Shown here piece by piece: positions 45,238-53,141 of a DNA stretch of 64,000 nucleotides (position 1 is the first letter of the stretch; the number at the start of each line of letters is the position of its first letter). The position numbers were made by a program, and so were the translations under genes. Under the pieces are notes generated by a model. It worked only from the letters and a program-made list of their open reading frames with translations. It was not told the origin of the DNA and searched no databases. The DNA comes from an uncultured Caulobacterales bacterium (GTDB lineage: Bacteria > Pseudomonadota > Alphaproteobacteria > Caulobacterales > CAYPOX01): the NCBI GenBank assembly GCA_964412525.1, contig CAYPOX010000002.1, forward strand, positions 27 to 64,026, written 5' to 3'.

Positions 45238-47010
45238 ATGTCGCGATCCCCTGCGCCCGTGGCGGCGCTGTTGAAAGAGGCTTTGTCCCAGGTCCGCCGC
45301 GCCCTGGTGATCGTCGGCGCCTTCAGCTTGGCCTTGAACCTGCTGATGCTGACGGCGCCGCTCTATATGTTCCAAGTTTTCGACCGGGTGCTCGGCTCCG
45401 GCCGGGTCGAGACGCTGTTGCTGCTCACCCTGATCGCGGGCTTCGCGCTGATGACCTATGGCGCGCTGGAAGCGATCCGCCAGCGCCTGCTCGCCCGGGT
45501 GTCGACCTGGCTGTCGCTCGCCGCCTCGGACGATCTGATCGACCGCTCCGTGCGCGCGGCGACCCGCGGCGCGCGCTTTGGCGGCCAGCCTTTGCGCGAC
45601 CTGGCCACCATTCGCAGCTTTCTCGGCGGCCAGGGCGTGACGCCGCTCTTCGACGCCCCCTGGATGCCGATCTTTCTGGGCGTTCTCTTCCTGATGCACC
45701 CGATTCTGGGCATGCTGGCCGTGGGTGCGGCGATCATCCTGTTCTGCCTGGCGGTCCTGAACGAAGTTCTGACCCGCAAGCCCTTGGGCGAAGCCTCCGG
45801 CCTCCAGTCGACGCTTCTCAACCAGACCGACGCGGCGGTGGCCAACGCCGAAGTGCTCGAGGCCATGGGCATGACCAAGGGCCTGGTGAAGCGCTGGATG
45901 CGCCAGAACGCCGAAGTGCTGACCCGCCAGCAGGCCGCCGCCGATCGGTCGGGCATGCTGCTCGGAGCCACGAAATTCACCCGCCTGTTCGTGCAGGTCG
46001 GCATTCTGGGCGCCGGCGCCTATCTCGTCCTGCAAGGCCAGCTCACCTCCGGCGCGATGATCGCGGGCTCGGTGTTGATGAGCCGGGCGCTCGCCCCGGT
46101 GGAGCAGGCGATCGGCGCCTGGCGCCAGCTTGTCGCCGCCCGCACCGCCTATGATCGTCTGAAAAAGGTGATCGCCGCCCTGCCAGACCGAGAGCCGTCC
46201 ATCGAGCTGCCCGAGCCCAAGGGCAAGCTTGAGGTGCAAGGCGTGGTCTACGCTCCGCCCGGCGCGGCGAAGCCGATCCTGAAAGGCGTCTCCTTCGCTT
46301 TGGCCCCCGGCGAGGCCATGGGCATGATCGGCCCGTCGGCTTCCGGCAAATCCACCTTGTGCCGGCTTCTGGTCGGCGCGGCGCCGCCTTCCTCCGGCTC
46401 GGTGCGCCTTGACGGAGCGGAGATGAGCCAATGGGACGCCGAAGCGCGCGGCCCCTATATCGGCTATCTCCCCCAAGACGTGGAGCTGTTCCAAGGCACG
46501 GTGCGCGACAACATCGCCCGGCTGCAGTCGGACGCGTCCGACGCGGACGTGGTCGACGCCGCCCAACGGGCGGGCGTGCATGAGATGATCCTGCATCTGC
46601 CCAAAGGCTATGACACGGAAATCGGGCCGCGCGGCGCCCAGCTCTCCGGCGGCCAGCGCCAGCGACTGGGCCTCGCCCGCGCCTTGTTCGGCGCGCCCAA
46701 ACTGATCGTGCTCGACGAACCCAACGCCAGTCTCGACCAGGCCGGCGAGGCGGCGCTGCAGGACTCGATCTTAAAGGCCAAGGAAACCGGCGCCACGGTC
46801 ATTCTCGTCGCCCACCGCCCGGCCATGATGAAGCATGTGGACAAGGTTCTGCTCATGCGGGACGGCCAGGTGGAGGCGTTCGGGCCGCGGGATCAGGTGC
46901 TCGCCAAGGTGATGCGCCCCGCCCCCGTGCCGACGCCCAAGGCGGGCGGCGGCCAAAGCGGTCCGGCCGGCTCGGACATGGTGACCATCACGGACATGGC
47001 GGGCGGCTGA
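45238..47010 (+). CDS. type I secretion system ABC transporter (PrtD/AprD/HasD-type, no C39 peptidase domain)
   Basis: Track ORF 45148..47010; ATG 45238 follows GAGGAA. TMD start LNLLMLTAPLYMFQVFDRVLGSGRVETLLLLT is typical of PrtD-type transporters. Walker A GPSASGKSTL, signature LSGGQRQRLGLARAL, Walker B LIVLDEPNASLD. Confidence 0.9.
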   Translation: MSRSPAPVAALLKEALSQVRRALVIVGAFSLALNLLMLTAPLYMFQVFDRVLGSGRVETLLLLTLIAGFALMTYGALEAIRQRLLARVSTWLSLAASDDLIDRSVRAATRGARFGGQPLRDLATIRSFLGGQGVTPLFDAPWMPIFLGVLFLMHPILGMLAVGAAIILFCLAVLNEVLTRKPLGEASGLQSTLLNQTDAAVANAEVLEAMGMTKGLVKRWMRQNAEVLTRQQAAADRSGMLLGATKFTRLFVQVGILGAGAYLVLQGQLTSGAMIAGSVLMSRALAPVEQAIGAWRQLVAARTAYDRLKKVIAALPDREPSIELPEPKGKLEVQGVVYAPPGAAKPILKGVSFALAPGEAMGMIGPSASGKSTLCRLLVGAAPPSSGSVRLDGAEMSQWDAEARGPYIGYLPQDVELFQGTVRDNIARLQSDASDADVVDAAQRAGVHEMILHLPKGYDTEIGPRGAQLSGGQRQRLGLARALFGAPKLIVLDEPNASLDQAGEAALQDSILKAKETGATVILVAHRPAMMKHVDKVLLMRDGQVEAFGPRDQVLAKVMRPAPVPTPKAGGGQSGPAGSDMVTITDMAGG

Positions 47011-47089
47011 CGATTCGCCCGCCCCGCATCTTTTGCGAGACGCCTGACCTTCCCATCTATCCCGCGACCGCAAGGGAGTTCGCGAGACC

Positions 47090-48544
47090 ATGAAACCGCC
47101 CTTCACCCTCACCGGATGGATTCCGAAAGGCGCGCCGTTCAGCCGCCGCGCCAAGAAAGAGGCCGACGCGCCGAATCTCGAGGCGATCGAGGACGCCGAA
47201 GCGCCGCCGCCGATGCCGGAAGGCCCTTCCCCCTTTGCGGAGAAGCCGCAACTCATCAGCCTGTCGAAATCCACCATCGCCGCCGGCGCGGTGGTGGTCG
47301 GCGTGTTCTTCGTCGGCTTTGGCGGCTGGGCGATGACCGCGCCGCTCTCCTCCGCCGCGATCGCGCCGGGCGTGATTTCGCCCAATGGCTATCGCCGGAC
47401 GGTGCAGCATCTGGAAGGCGGCATCATCGCGGACATCCTTGTCGAGGACGGCGACACGGTGCGGGCGGGCGACCCGCTGGTCGTGCTCGACGACGTGCGC
47501 GCCCAGGCGAATTACGAAGTCATCCGGAACCAAACCTTCACCAATCTCGCCATCCAGGCGCGCCTGCTCGCCGAGCTGGCGGGCGACGTCGAGATTGGTT
47601 TTCCCGCCCAGGTCCGCGCCGCCATGAACCGCCCCCAGGTGGCCGACGTGGTGACCGCCCAAAGCAATCTCTTCGACGCCCGGCGCGAGTCCCGCACGAA
47701 GCAGATCGAGATCCTCCAGGCGCGCATCCGCCAATTGGACGAGCAAATCATCGGCTTTGAGGAGGAGATCGCCTCCCAGGATCGGCAGATCTCCATTTTG
47801 GACGAACAGATCGCCGACCAGCAGCAGCTCTGCGACAAAGAGCTTTGCCTGAAGTCCAATCTGCTCGGCCTGCAGCGCCTGCAAGCGGAGGTTGAAGGCG
47901 AACGCGCCCGCAACCGCGCCGCCATCGCCCAGGCCCGCCAATCGATCGGCGAGACCGAACTCCAGATCGCCGCGGTCGACACCGAGCGGCTGGACGAAAT
48001 CAACACGCAGCTGACCCAGGTCCGCGGCGAACTCGCCGAGCTTGAGGAACGCCTGATCGTCGGCGAGGACACGGTGAAGCGCACCATCATCGCCGCCCCG
48101 ATCGACGGCACGGTGGTCAATCTGCGCTACAAGACCTTGGGCGGCGTGATCCGCGCCGGTGAGCCGATCGTGGACGTGGTGCCCGACGACGAAGAGTTGT
48201 TGATCGACGCGCGGGTCTCGCCCGTGGACATCGACAACGTTAAGCCGGGCCTCAAAGCCTCGGTCGTGTTCTCCGCCTTCAAGCAGCGCAATATCGGCCG
48301 CATCGAAGGCGTGGTGCGCACGGTCTCCGCGGATGCGCTGGTCGACGAGAACACCGGCATGAGCTATTTCGCCGCCCGCATCGAGGTCGACGACGAGGTG
48401 GTGAAGCGCCAGCTTCCGCCCGATGCGGAGCTGACCCCGGGCATGCCGGCCGAGGCCTTCATCATGACCGGCGACGGCACCGTCTTCAGCTATCTCATGG
48501 ATCCGGTGACCGGCACGCTGCGCCGGGCGATGCGGGAGTTCTAA
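47090..48544 (+). CDS. HlyD-family type I secretion membrane fusion protein
   Basis: 484 aa with a single N-terminal TM (AAGAVVVGVFFVGFGGWAM). TVQHLEGGIIADILVEDGDTVRAGDPLVVLDD (lipoyl-like motif), a long coiled coil, and C-terminal ...GMPAEAFIMTGDGTVFSYL. Confidence 0.9.
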   Translation: MKPPFTLTGWIPKGAPFSRRAKKEADAPNLEAIEDAEAPPPMPEGPSPFAEKPQLISLSKSTIAAGAVVVGVFFVGFGGWAMTAPLSSAAIAPGVISPNGYRRTVQHLEGGIIADILVEDGDTVRAGDPLVVLDDVRAQANYEVIRNQTFTNLAIQARLLAELAGDVEIGFPAQVRAAMNRPQVADVVTAQSNLFDARRESRTKQIEILQARIRQLDEQIIGFEEEIASQDRQISILDEQIADQQQLCDKELCLKSNLLGLQRLQAEVEGERARNRAAIAQARQSIGETELQIAAVDTERLDEINTQLTQVRGELAELEERLIVGEDTVKRTIIAAPIDGTVVNLRYKTLGGVIRAGEPIVDVVPDDEELLIDARVSPVDIDNVKPGLKASVVFSAFKQRNIGRIEGVVRTVSADALVDENTGMSYFAARIEVDDEVVKRQLPPDAELTPGMPAEAFIMTGDGTVFSYLMDPVTGTLRRAMREF

Positions 48545-48600
48545 GCGCCCGTCTGGACGCGCCGACCGCCCCCCGTCTAGGACCCTGGGCGGGGGATTTC

Positions 48601-49566
48601 ATGACCATTTGGCCGCTCGGATTCCGTCTCGACGACGGCGCGCTCGACAAGGCGCGCGCCGAGCCGGCCCGCATCCTGCGGGTCGAGGGCTGGGCCGCCG
48701 GACCGCCGCCGCGCGTGCGGTTGCGGCCGGCCGCCGAGGCGCTTGCTCTGTCGCCGACCCTCGCCCTCAAGACCTGCCGGCCAGACGTGGCGCGCGACCA
48801 TGAGGGGCTCGATTCCTGGTGCGGCGTGGCGCTTGAATGGCGCCGGCCGCCGCCGCTCGCCGACGGCGCGGCTCTCGTGCTTCCGGACGGCCGGCAGGCG
48901 CCTTTGCCGCCCGGCGCGCGCGCCGTGCTGAACGGTCCGGATCTTCCTTATGCGGGCCTGCTGGACGATCCCGCGCCATGGGGCCGGGACCAGCTTTACG
49001 GCCAGGGACCGCCAGATCCCGGCGTGGCGTCGGACTTCATCGATCTTGCGCGCAAGCTCACGCCGCCGGTGCTCGACGTGGGATGCGGCGCGGGACCTCT
49101 GGTGGCGGCGCTCCGCGCGGCCGGCGTCGACGCCTATGGGGTCGAGTTGGATCAGCCGCGGATCCGCGAGGCGCTTCTGCCCGAGGCGCGCCCCTATGTG
49201 ACCCTGATCGATCCGGATCGGCCCCTGCCCTTCGCCGACAAGACCTTTGGCGGCGTTCTCGCCTTCGAGGTCTTGGAGCATGTGCCCGATTGGCGGCGGT
49301 TGGTCACGGAGATGCTGCGGCTGGCGCGCCGCGCCGTCGCCGTATCCGTACCGGATATGAGCGCGGTGCCCCGCGGCCATCCCCATGGCGCCGTGCCCTG
49401 GCATATTTTAGACAGCGACCATGTGCATTTTTTCACGCCCCCCGCCCTTGCGGCGCCGTTTCGCGCGCAGGGTTGCGCGCTCGAATGGCGGGCTTTGAAT
49501 GCGGAACGACTGGAAGGCGGCGTTTGGCCGGGCAGTCTCGGTCTTTTGGCGCGTTTGCCCGGTTGA
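48601..49566 (+). CDS. class I SAM methyltransferase with ~150-aa N-terminal beta-rich domain (paralog 1)
   Basis: PPVLDVGCGAGPLVAALRAAGVDAYGVELD (motif I), FGGVLAFEVLEHVPDW. The N-terminal LRVEGWAAG...CRPDVARDH...ALEWRRPPP domain is shared with 49968..50984. Confidence 0.75.
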   Translation: MTIWPLGFRLDDGALDKARAEPARILRVEGWAAGPPPRVRLRPAAEALALSPTLALKTCRPDVARDHEGLDSWCGVALEWRRPPPLADGAALVLPDGRQAPLPPGARAVLNGPDLPYAGLLDDPAPWGRDQLYGQGPPDPGVASDFIDLARKLTPPVLDVGCGAGPLVAALRAAGVDAYGVELDQPRIREALLPEARPYVTLIDPDRPLPFADKTFGGVLAFEVLEHVPDWRRLVTEMLRLARRAVAVSVPDMSAVPRGHPHGAVPWHILDSDHVHFFTPPALAAPFRAQGCALEWRALNAERLEGGVWPGSLGLLARLPG

Positions 49567-49625
49567 ACTGAAGGCGTTTGACGATCGATACTGCCACGCG
49601 CAGCGAGCAACGGCGGAGGAACGGC

Positions 49626-49913
49626 ATGGCGTCGCCGGAAGAACGTGCGAAAGCGGACATCGGCGGCGCGCCGGCCGGAAAACCGGGGGAATTCTCGGCG
49701 GATTTCGACGAGTTTTCGCCGGAACAGATGCGCGCCTATCTGGACGCCGTCGTCGCGGAGGCCAAGGCGGCCGGCCGGGAGGTGACCTCGATCTGCATGC
49801 CGCCGGATTTCGACGCCTTTCTGAAATCCGCGGGCGCCAGCTATCCCGGCGCAGAGCTGACGGTGGCGGCGGATTATGAAGGCATGGTCTACGGCGTCGC
49901 CTCGCCCGCTTGA
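49626..49913 (+). CDS. hypothetical small protein
   Basis: Internal ATG of track ORF 49578..49913 (MASPEERAKADIGG...). Lies between the two paralogous methyltransferase genes. No motif recognised. Confidence 0.35.
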   Translation: MASPEERAKADIGGAPAGKPGEFSADFDEFSPEQMRAYLDAVVAEAKAAGREVTSICMPPDFDAFLKSAGASYPGAELTVAADYEGMVYGVASPA

Positions 49914-49967
49914 TCTGATGCGCGCCGGCGCTGCGGCGCGCCGGGACGCCGTAACGACGGAGTTTTC

Positions 49968-50984
49968 ATGACCCTTTCTCCAGGGCTGGGCGGCCGCGCC
50001 GTCCGGCTCGACCTTGGCCTATCCGGCGAGTCCGGAACCCTCGACGCTGTCGTGATCGAACCGACCGGCGTGTTGCGCGCGCTCGGCTGGAGCGCCGATC
50101 GGGCCGGCCCGCCCGAAGCGCGGCTGCAGATCGATGCGGCGAGCCTTCCGCCCGACGCGGTTTATCGCACCCCGCGCCCGGACGTGCGCGCCACGCGTCC
50201 GGCCCTGCCCCTGTTCTCGGGCTTTGCGCTCGAATGGATCCGACCGCCGGCCGGCGGCCGGGGCGCGCTCGCCCTTGGGGTCGATCTGGTCGCCCGCCTG
50301 CCTGCGGAGGTGCTTGCGGCGCTGGACCGGCCGGCGCCCCATTATCCAGAGCTTCTCGACGCCGATGGGGTGTGGAGCCGGGACGACATCTACGCCTCCG
50401 GACCGCCGGATCCCTTCGTCCAGCCGGAGGTGCTGGAGCTCGCCCTCGGCCTGCCCGCGCCGATCCTTGATGTGGGCTGCGGGACGGGCGCGCTTGTGGC
50501 GGCGTTACGGCGTCGCGGCGTTGCGGCGTTCGGTTTGGAGCTCGACCGCCCGGAGATCGCCGCCGCTTTGGATCCCCAGGCGCGCGGCGCGGTCGCGTTT
50601 TATGACGGCGGCCGCATGCCCTTCGCCGACGAGGCGTTTGAAAGCGTGTTCGCGACGGAAGTGCTGGAGCATGTGCCCGCCTTCATGCCTCTGATCGACG
50701 AAATGGCCCGGATCGCCCGGCGCGGCCTTGGACTGACGGTTCCGGACATGAGCGCCGTGCCGGCCGGCGCCGCCGCGGGGATCGTCCCCTGGCATCTCTT
50801 GGAATCGACCCATGTGAATTTCTTCACCTGGCGGAGCTTGAAGGCGACGCTCGCGCGCCGGTTTCCGGACGTGACCCTGTTCCAGATTGGAGCGCGGCCC
50901 GTCGAAGGCGCGCATATGCCCGGCAGCCTCGGCGCCCTCGCCTTTAAACCGGGCGGACGTCCGCTCTTTCCGCAAGATCGCTGA
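49968..50984 (+). CDS. class I SAM methyltransferase with N-terminal beta-rich domain (paralog 2)
   Basis: APILDVGCGTGALVAALRRRGVAAFGLELD, FESVFATEVLEHVPAF, LTVPDMSAVPAGAAAGIVPWHLLESTHVNFFT. Collinear with paralog 1 (VSVPDMSAVPRGHPHGAVPWHILDSDHVHFFT). Confidence 0.75.
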   Translation: MTLSPGLGGRAVRLDLGLSGESGTLDAVVIEPTGVLRALGWSADRAGPPEARLQIDAASLPPDAVYRTPRPDVRATRPALPLFSGFALEWIRPPAGGRGALALGVDLVARLPAEVLAALDRPAPHYPELLDADGVWSRDDIYASGPPDPFVQPEVLELALGLPAPILDVGCGTGALVAALRRRGVAAFGLELDRPEIAAALDPQARGAVAFYDGGRMPFADEAFESVFATEVLEHVPAFMPLIDEMARIARRGLGLTVPDMSAVPAGAAAGIVPWHLLESTHVNFFTWRSLKATLARRFPDVTLFQIGARPVEGAHMPGSLGALAFKPGGRPLFPQDR

Positions 50985-50996
50985 CCGCCGCAATCC

Positions 50997-51269
50997 CGTA
51001 ATGACGGGGCACCGGCGCCCTGGATCATTGCTCGCGCCGAACAGCGAAGTGCCGTAACAACGGCGCGCCGTAATTGTTGTACTACAGTGTTACGATGTTA
51101 CGTGGCGACGTGACGCCAGATTTCCGGTGTTGCGGACTGGCCGTGGCCTTTTCTTCTGTTTACGCTTGGGTCTCATGGTGATTCGCCTGCAAGGCAGGTA
51201 TTCCTGTTTTCCGTAACATCGGTGTTACGGTGTTACGCAGTTGCGGATCACCTTTGTTACGTCATTACG
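50997..51269. repeat. about 11 copies of the heptamer TGTTACG / CGTAACA (both orientations) upstream of parA; candidate centromere/operator
   Basis: Copies read at 50997, 51053, 51069, 51088, 51096, 51157 (TGTTTACG), 51212, 51223, 51231, 51255 and 51263 (CATTACG). The array ends 10 nt before the parA start. Confidence 0.65.
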
Positions 51270-51279
51270 GAGCGCTGTC

Positions 51280-51978
51280 ATGCCAGTCGTGTCCTTCGCC
51301 TCCGCCAAGGGCGGAGTCGCCAAGACCACCACCGCCATGCTGTTGGGATCCGAGCTCGCCCGGCTCGGCGCCTCGGTCGTGTTCCTGGACGCCGACGCCA
51401 ACCAGCCTCTTTCACGCTGGTGGGCGAAACGCTGGCGCGCCCTCGGCCCCGGGGCCGACTATCCGAACCTTCTTTGCGAGGCCGATGTCAGCCGCGAGCG
51501 CATGCTGCCTTTGATCAAGCAGCATCGCGACGCGGATCCCGCCCGTTGGATTTTGATCGACCTACCCGGCGAAAGCTCCCAGACGGTCACCTACGCCATG
51601 TCCCGCTCGGACATCGTGATCGTGCCCGCCCAAACCTCCGAAATGGACGCGAAAGAAGCCCACCGCGCCATCGCCTTTCTGCGGGAGGCGGAGGAGCTGT
51701 TCGGCCGCACGGTCTTTCACCGAGTCCTGTTCACCAAGGTTCACCCGTTCAAGACGCGGATCGGCGAGCATATGGAGGCCGAGTTCGAAAAGGCGGGCGT
51801 TCCGGTGTTCAACACCCGGATCGTCGAGCGGGTCGCCTTCCGTGAGATGACCTTGGACGGCGTGCCGCCCAGCTTCCGCAACCCCAAATCTTCGGCGGCG
51901 AAGAATGTCCGGGCCCTGTTCGACGAGTTGGTCAGCCTGCTCGAATCCGAACCGGCCGCGGCCCAAGCGGCCGAGTGA
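51280..51978 (+). CDS. parA: ParA/Soj-family partition ATPase (small, type-Ib-like)
   Basis: Track ORF 51241..51978; ATG 51280 follows GGAG. MPVVSFASAKGGVAKTT deviant Walker A; LIDLPG Walker B-like. About 232 aa with no N-terminal HTH extension. Confidence 0.9.
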   Translation: MPVVSFASAKGGVAKTTTAMLLGSELARLGASVVFLDADANQPLSRWWAKRWRALGPGADYPNLLCEADVSRERMLPLIKQHRDADPARWILIDLPGESSQTVTYAMSRSDIVIVPAQTSEMDAKEAHRAIAFLREAEELFGRTVFHRVLFTKVHPFKTRIGEHMEAEFEKAGVPVFNTRIVERVAFREMTLDGVPPSFRNPKSSAAKNVRALFDELVSLLESEPAAAQAAE

Positions 51979-52045
51979 GAGATCGGCCGTTCCGCGCCGC
52001 GCCGCGCGCCTTTTTCACGCCGGCCCGGTGCGGGCCTCTGATGAG

Positions 52046-52492
52046 ATGTCCATGACCAAAACCAAGAAAACGACCAAGCCCGACCTGCCGCCTGCGCTCC
52101 CCGACGATGACGAGGACGACGCCCGCTTCCGCTCCAAGCTCGAAGCGCTGTCCGCGCGATTCGGCTACGGCGCTGCGGAACCCCGGAATGACGGCGCGCC
52201 GTCGTCTGAGCCGTCCCCGGAGCCCCTCATGGCGGCTGAGCCGGAGCCCCGCCCAACGCCCGCGCCGCCGCCGCGCGCGCCAAAGGCGTCCGGCGGACCC
52301 GGGGAGGGGCGGCCCGCCCACCGCCAACGCAAGGTCACCTTCGAGGTCTCCGACGATCTTCTGCATCTGCTGGAGATGGAGGCCGCGCGCCGGCGCGTCT
52401 CCCAACGGCTCTTGCTGGTCGAGGGGCTCGCCGCCCTGGGCCTCGCCGTACCGGAGATCGACCGGCGCGATTGGCGCCGTCGCAGGCGGTGA
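52046..52492 (+). CDS. partition adaptor candidate (ParG-like: disordered Pro/Ala-rich N-terminus, RHH-like C-terminus)
   Basis: Track ORF 51905..52492; start MSMTKTKKTT. The C-terminal QRKVTFEVSDDLLHLLEMEAARRRVSQRLLLVEGLAAL looks like a strand-helix-helix. Position is immediately after parA. Confidence 0.55.
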   Translation: MSMTKTKKTTKPDLPPALPDDDEDDARFRSKLEALSARFGYGAAEPRNDGAPSSEPSPEPLMAAEPEPRPTPAPPPRAPKASGGPGEGRPAHRQRKVTFEVSDDLLHLLEMEAARRRVSQRLLLVEGLAALGLAVPEIDRRDWRRRRR

Positions 52493-52533
52493 GGCGCTGG
52501 CGACGGCTCTCTTCAACCGCTATCATCCTCATC

Positions 52534-52926
52534 ATGACGCTGATGATCGACACGCTCGCTTTCACCAAAGAATTGGAGGCTGCGGGCGTGCCGCGCGCCC
52601 AGGCGGAGGCGCACGCCAGCGCGCTCAACCGCGTCGCCGCGGATCAGCTGACGACGAAATCAGACATCGCCGCACTCCGGCAACGAATCGATCAGGTCGA
52701 AACGCGTCTGTCCGGTGAGATCGCCCAAGTTCAAGGCGAGGTCGCACAAGTCCGGGGCGAGATCACGCAAGTCCGAGGCGAGATCACGCAAGTCCGAGGC
52801 GAGATCACGCAAGTCCGAGGCGACATGACGAAAATCGAAGGTCGGTTGATGATCCGGATTGGCGCATTGGCGGGCGGGATCGCTGCGCTCGCCGTTTTGG
52901 CCTCGCGCTTTCTGCCATCGCCATAA
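52534..52926 (+). CDS. DUF1640-like coiled-coil protein with C-terminal TM helix
   Basis: Track ORF 52471..52926; start MTLMIDTLAFTKELEAAGVPRAQAEAHASAL (DUF1640-type opening as I recall it). Heptad run GEIAQVQGEVAQVRGEITQVR..., ending in IGALAGGIAALAVLA. Confidence 0.55.
   Translation: MTLMIDTLAFTKELEAAGVPRAQAEAHASALNRVAADQLTTKSDIAALRQRIDQVETRLSGEIAQVQGEVAQVRGEITQVRGEITQVRGEITQVRGDMTKIEGRLMIRIGALAGGIAALAVLASRFLPSP
52714..52839 (+). repeat. in-frame 21-bp tandem repeat (6 units, 3 perfect: GGCGAGATCACGCAAGTCCGA) encoding GEITQVR heptads
   Basis: Perfect units at 52756-52776, 52777-52797 and 52798-52818. Degenerate units at 52714, 52735 and 52819. Confidence 0.9.
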
Positions 52927-53141
52927 GGTTCGGCGCGCCGTAACGTCGCACCTCTTGCCGCCACGACGCTCCGCTGTCGGAAGGCTGGGGATGATCGCTC
53001 AATGTTTCGCAAAAGTTTCACGGAAGGCTGCTAGCTCCCGGCCATCAGGGGACACGGGTCCGTGGGTTGGCCACGACCCTCCGCGCGCCATCCGTCGACG
53101 GGTCATGCGGCGCGCGCCAAGGTTCAAAGGGGAGAACATCC

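Noticed and set aside
43439-46596. 528-aa and 506-aa minus-strand ORFs opposite the RTX and T1SS ABC genes
   Set aside because: The Walker and signature motifs and the RTX repeats are on the plus strand. The minus translations are Arg/Gly/Asp low-complexity.
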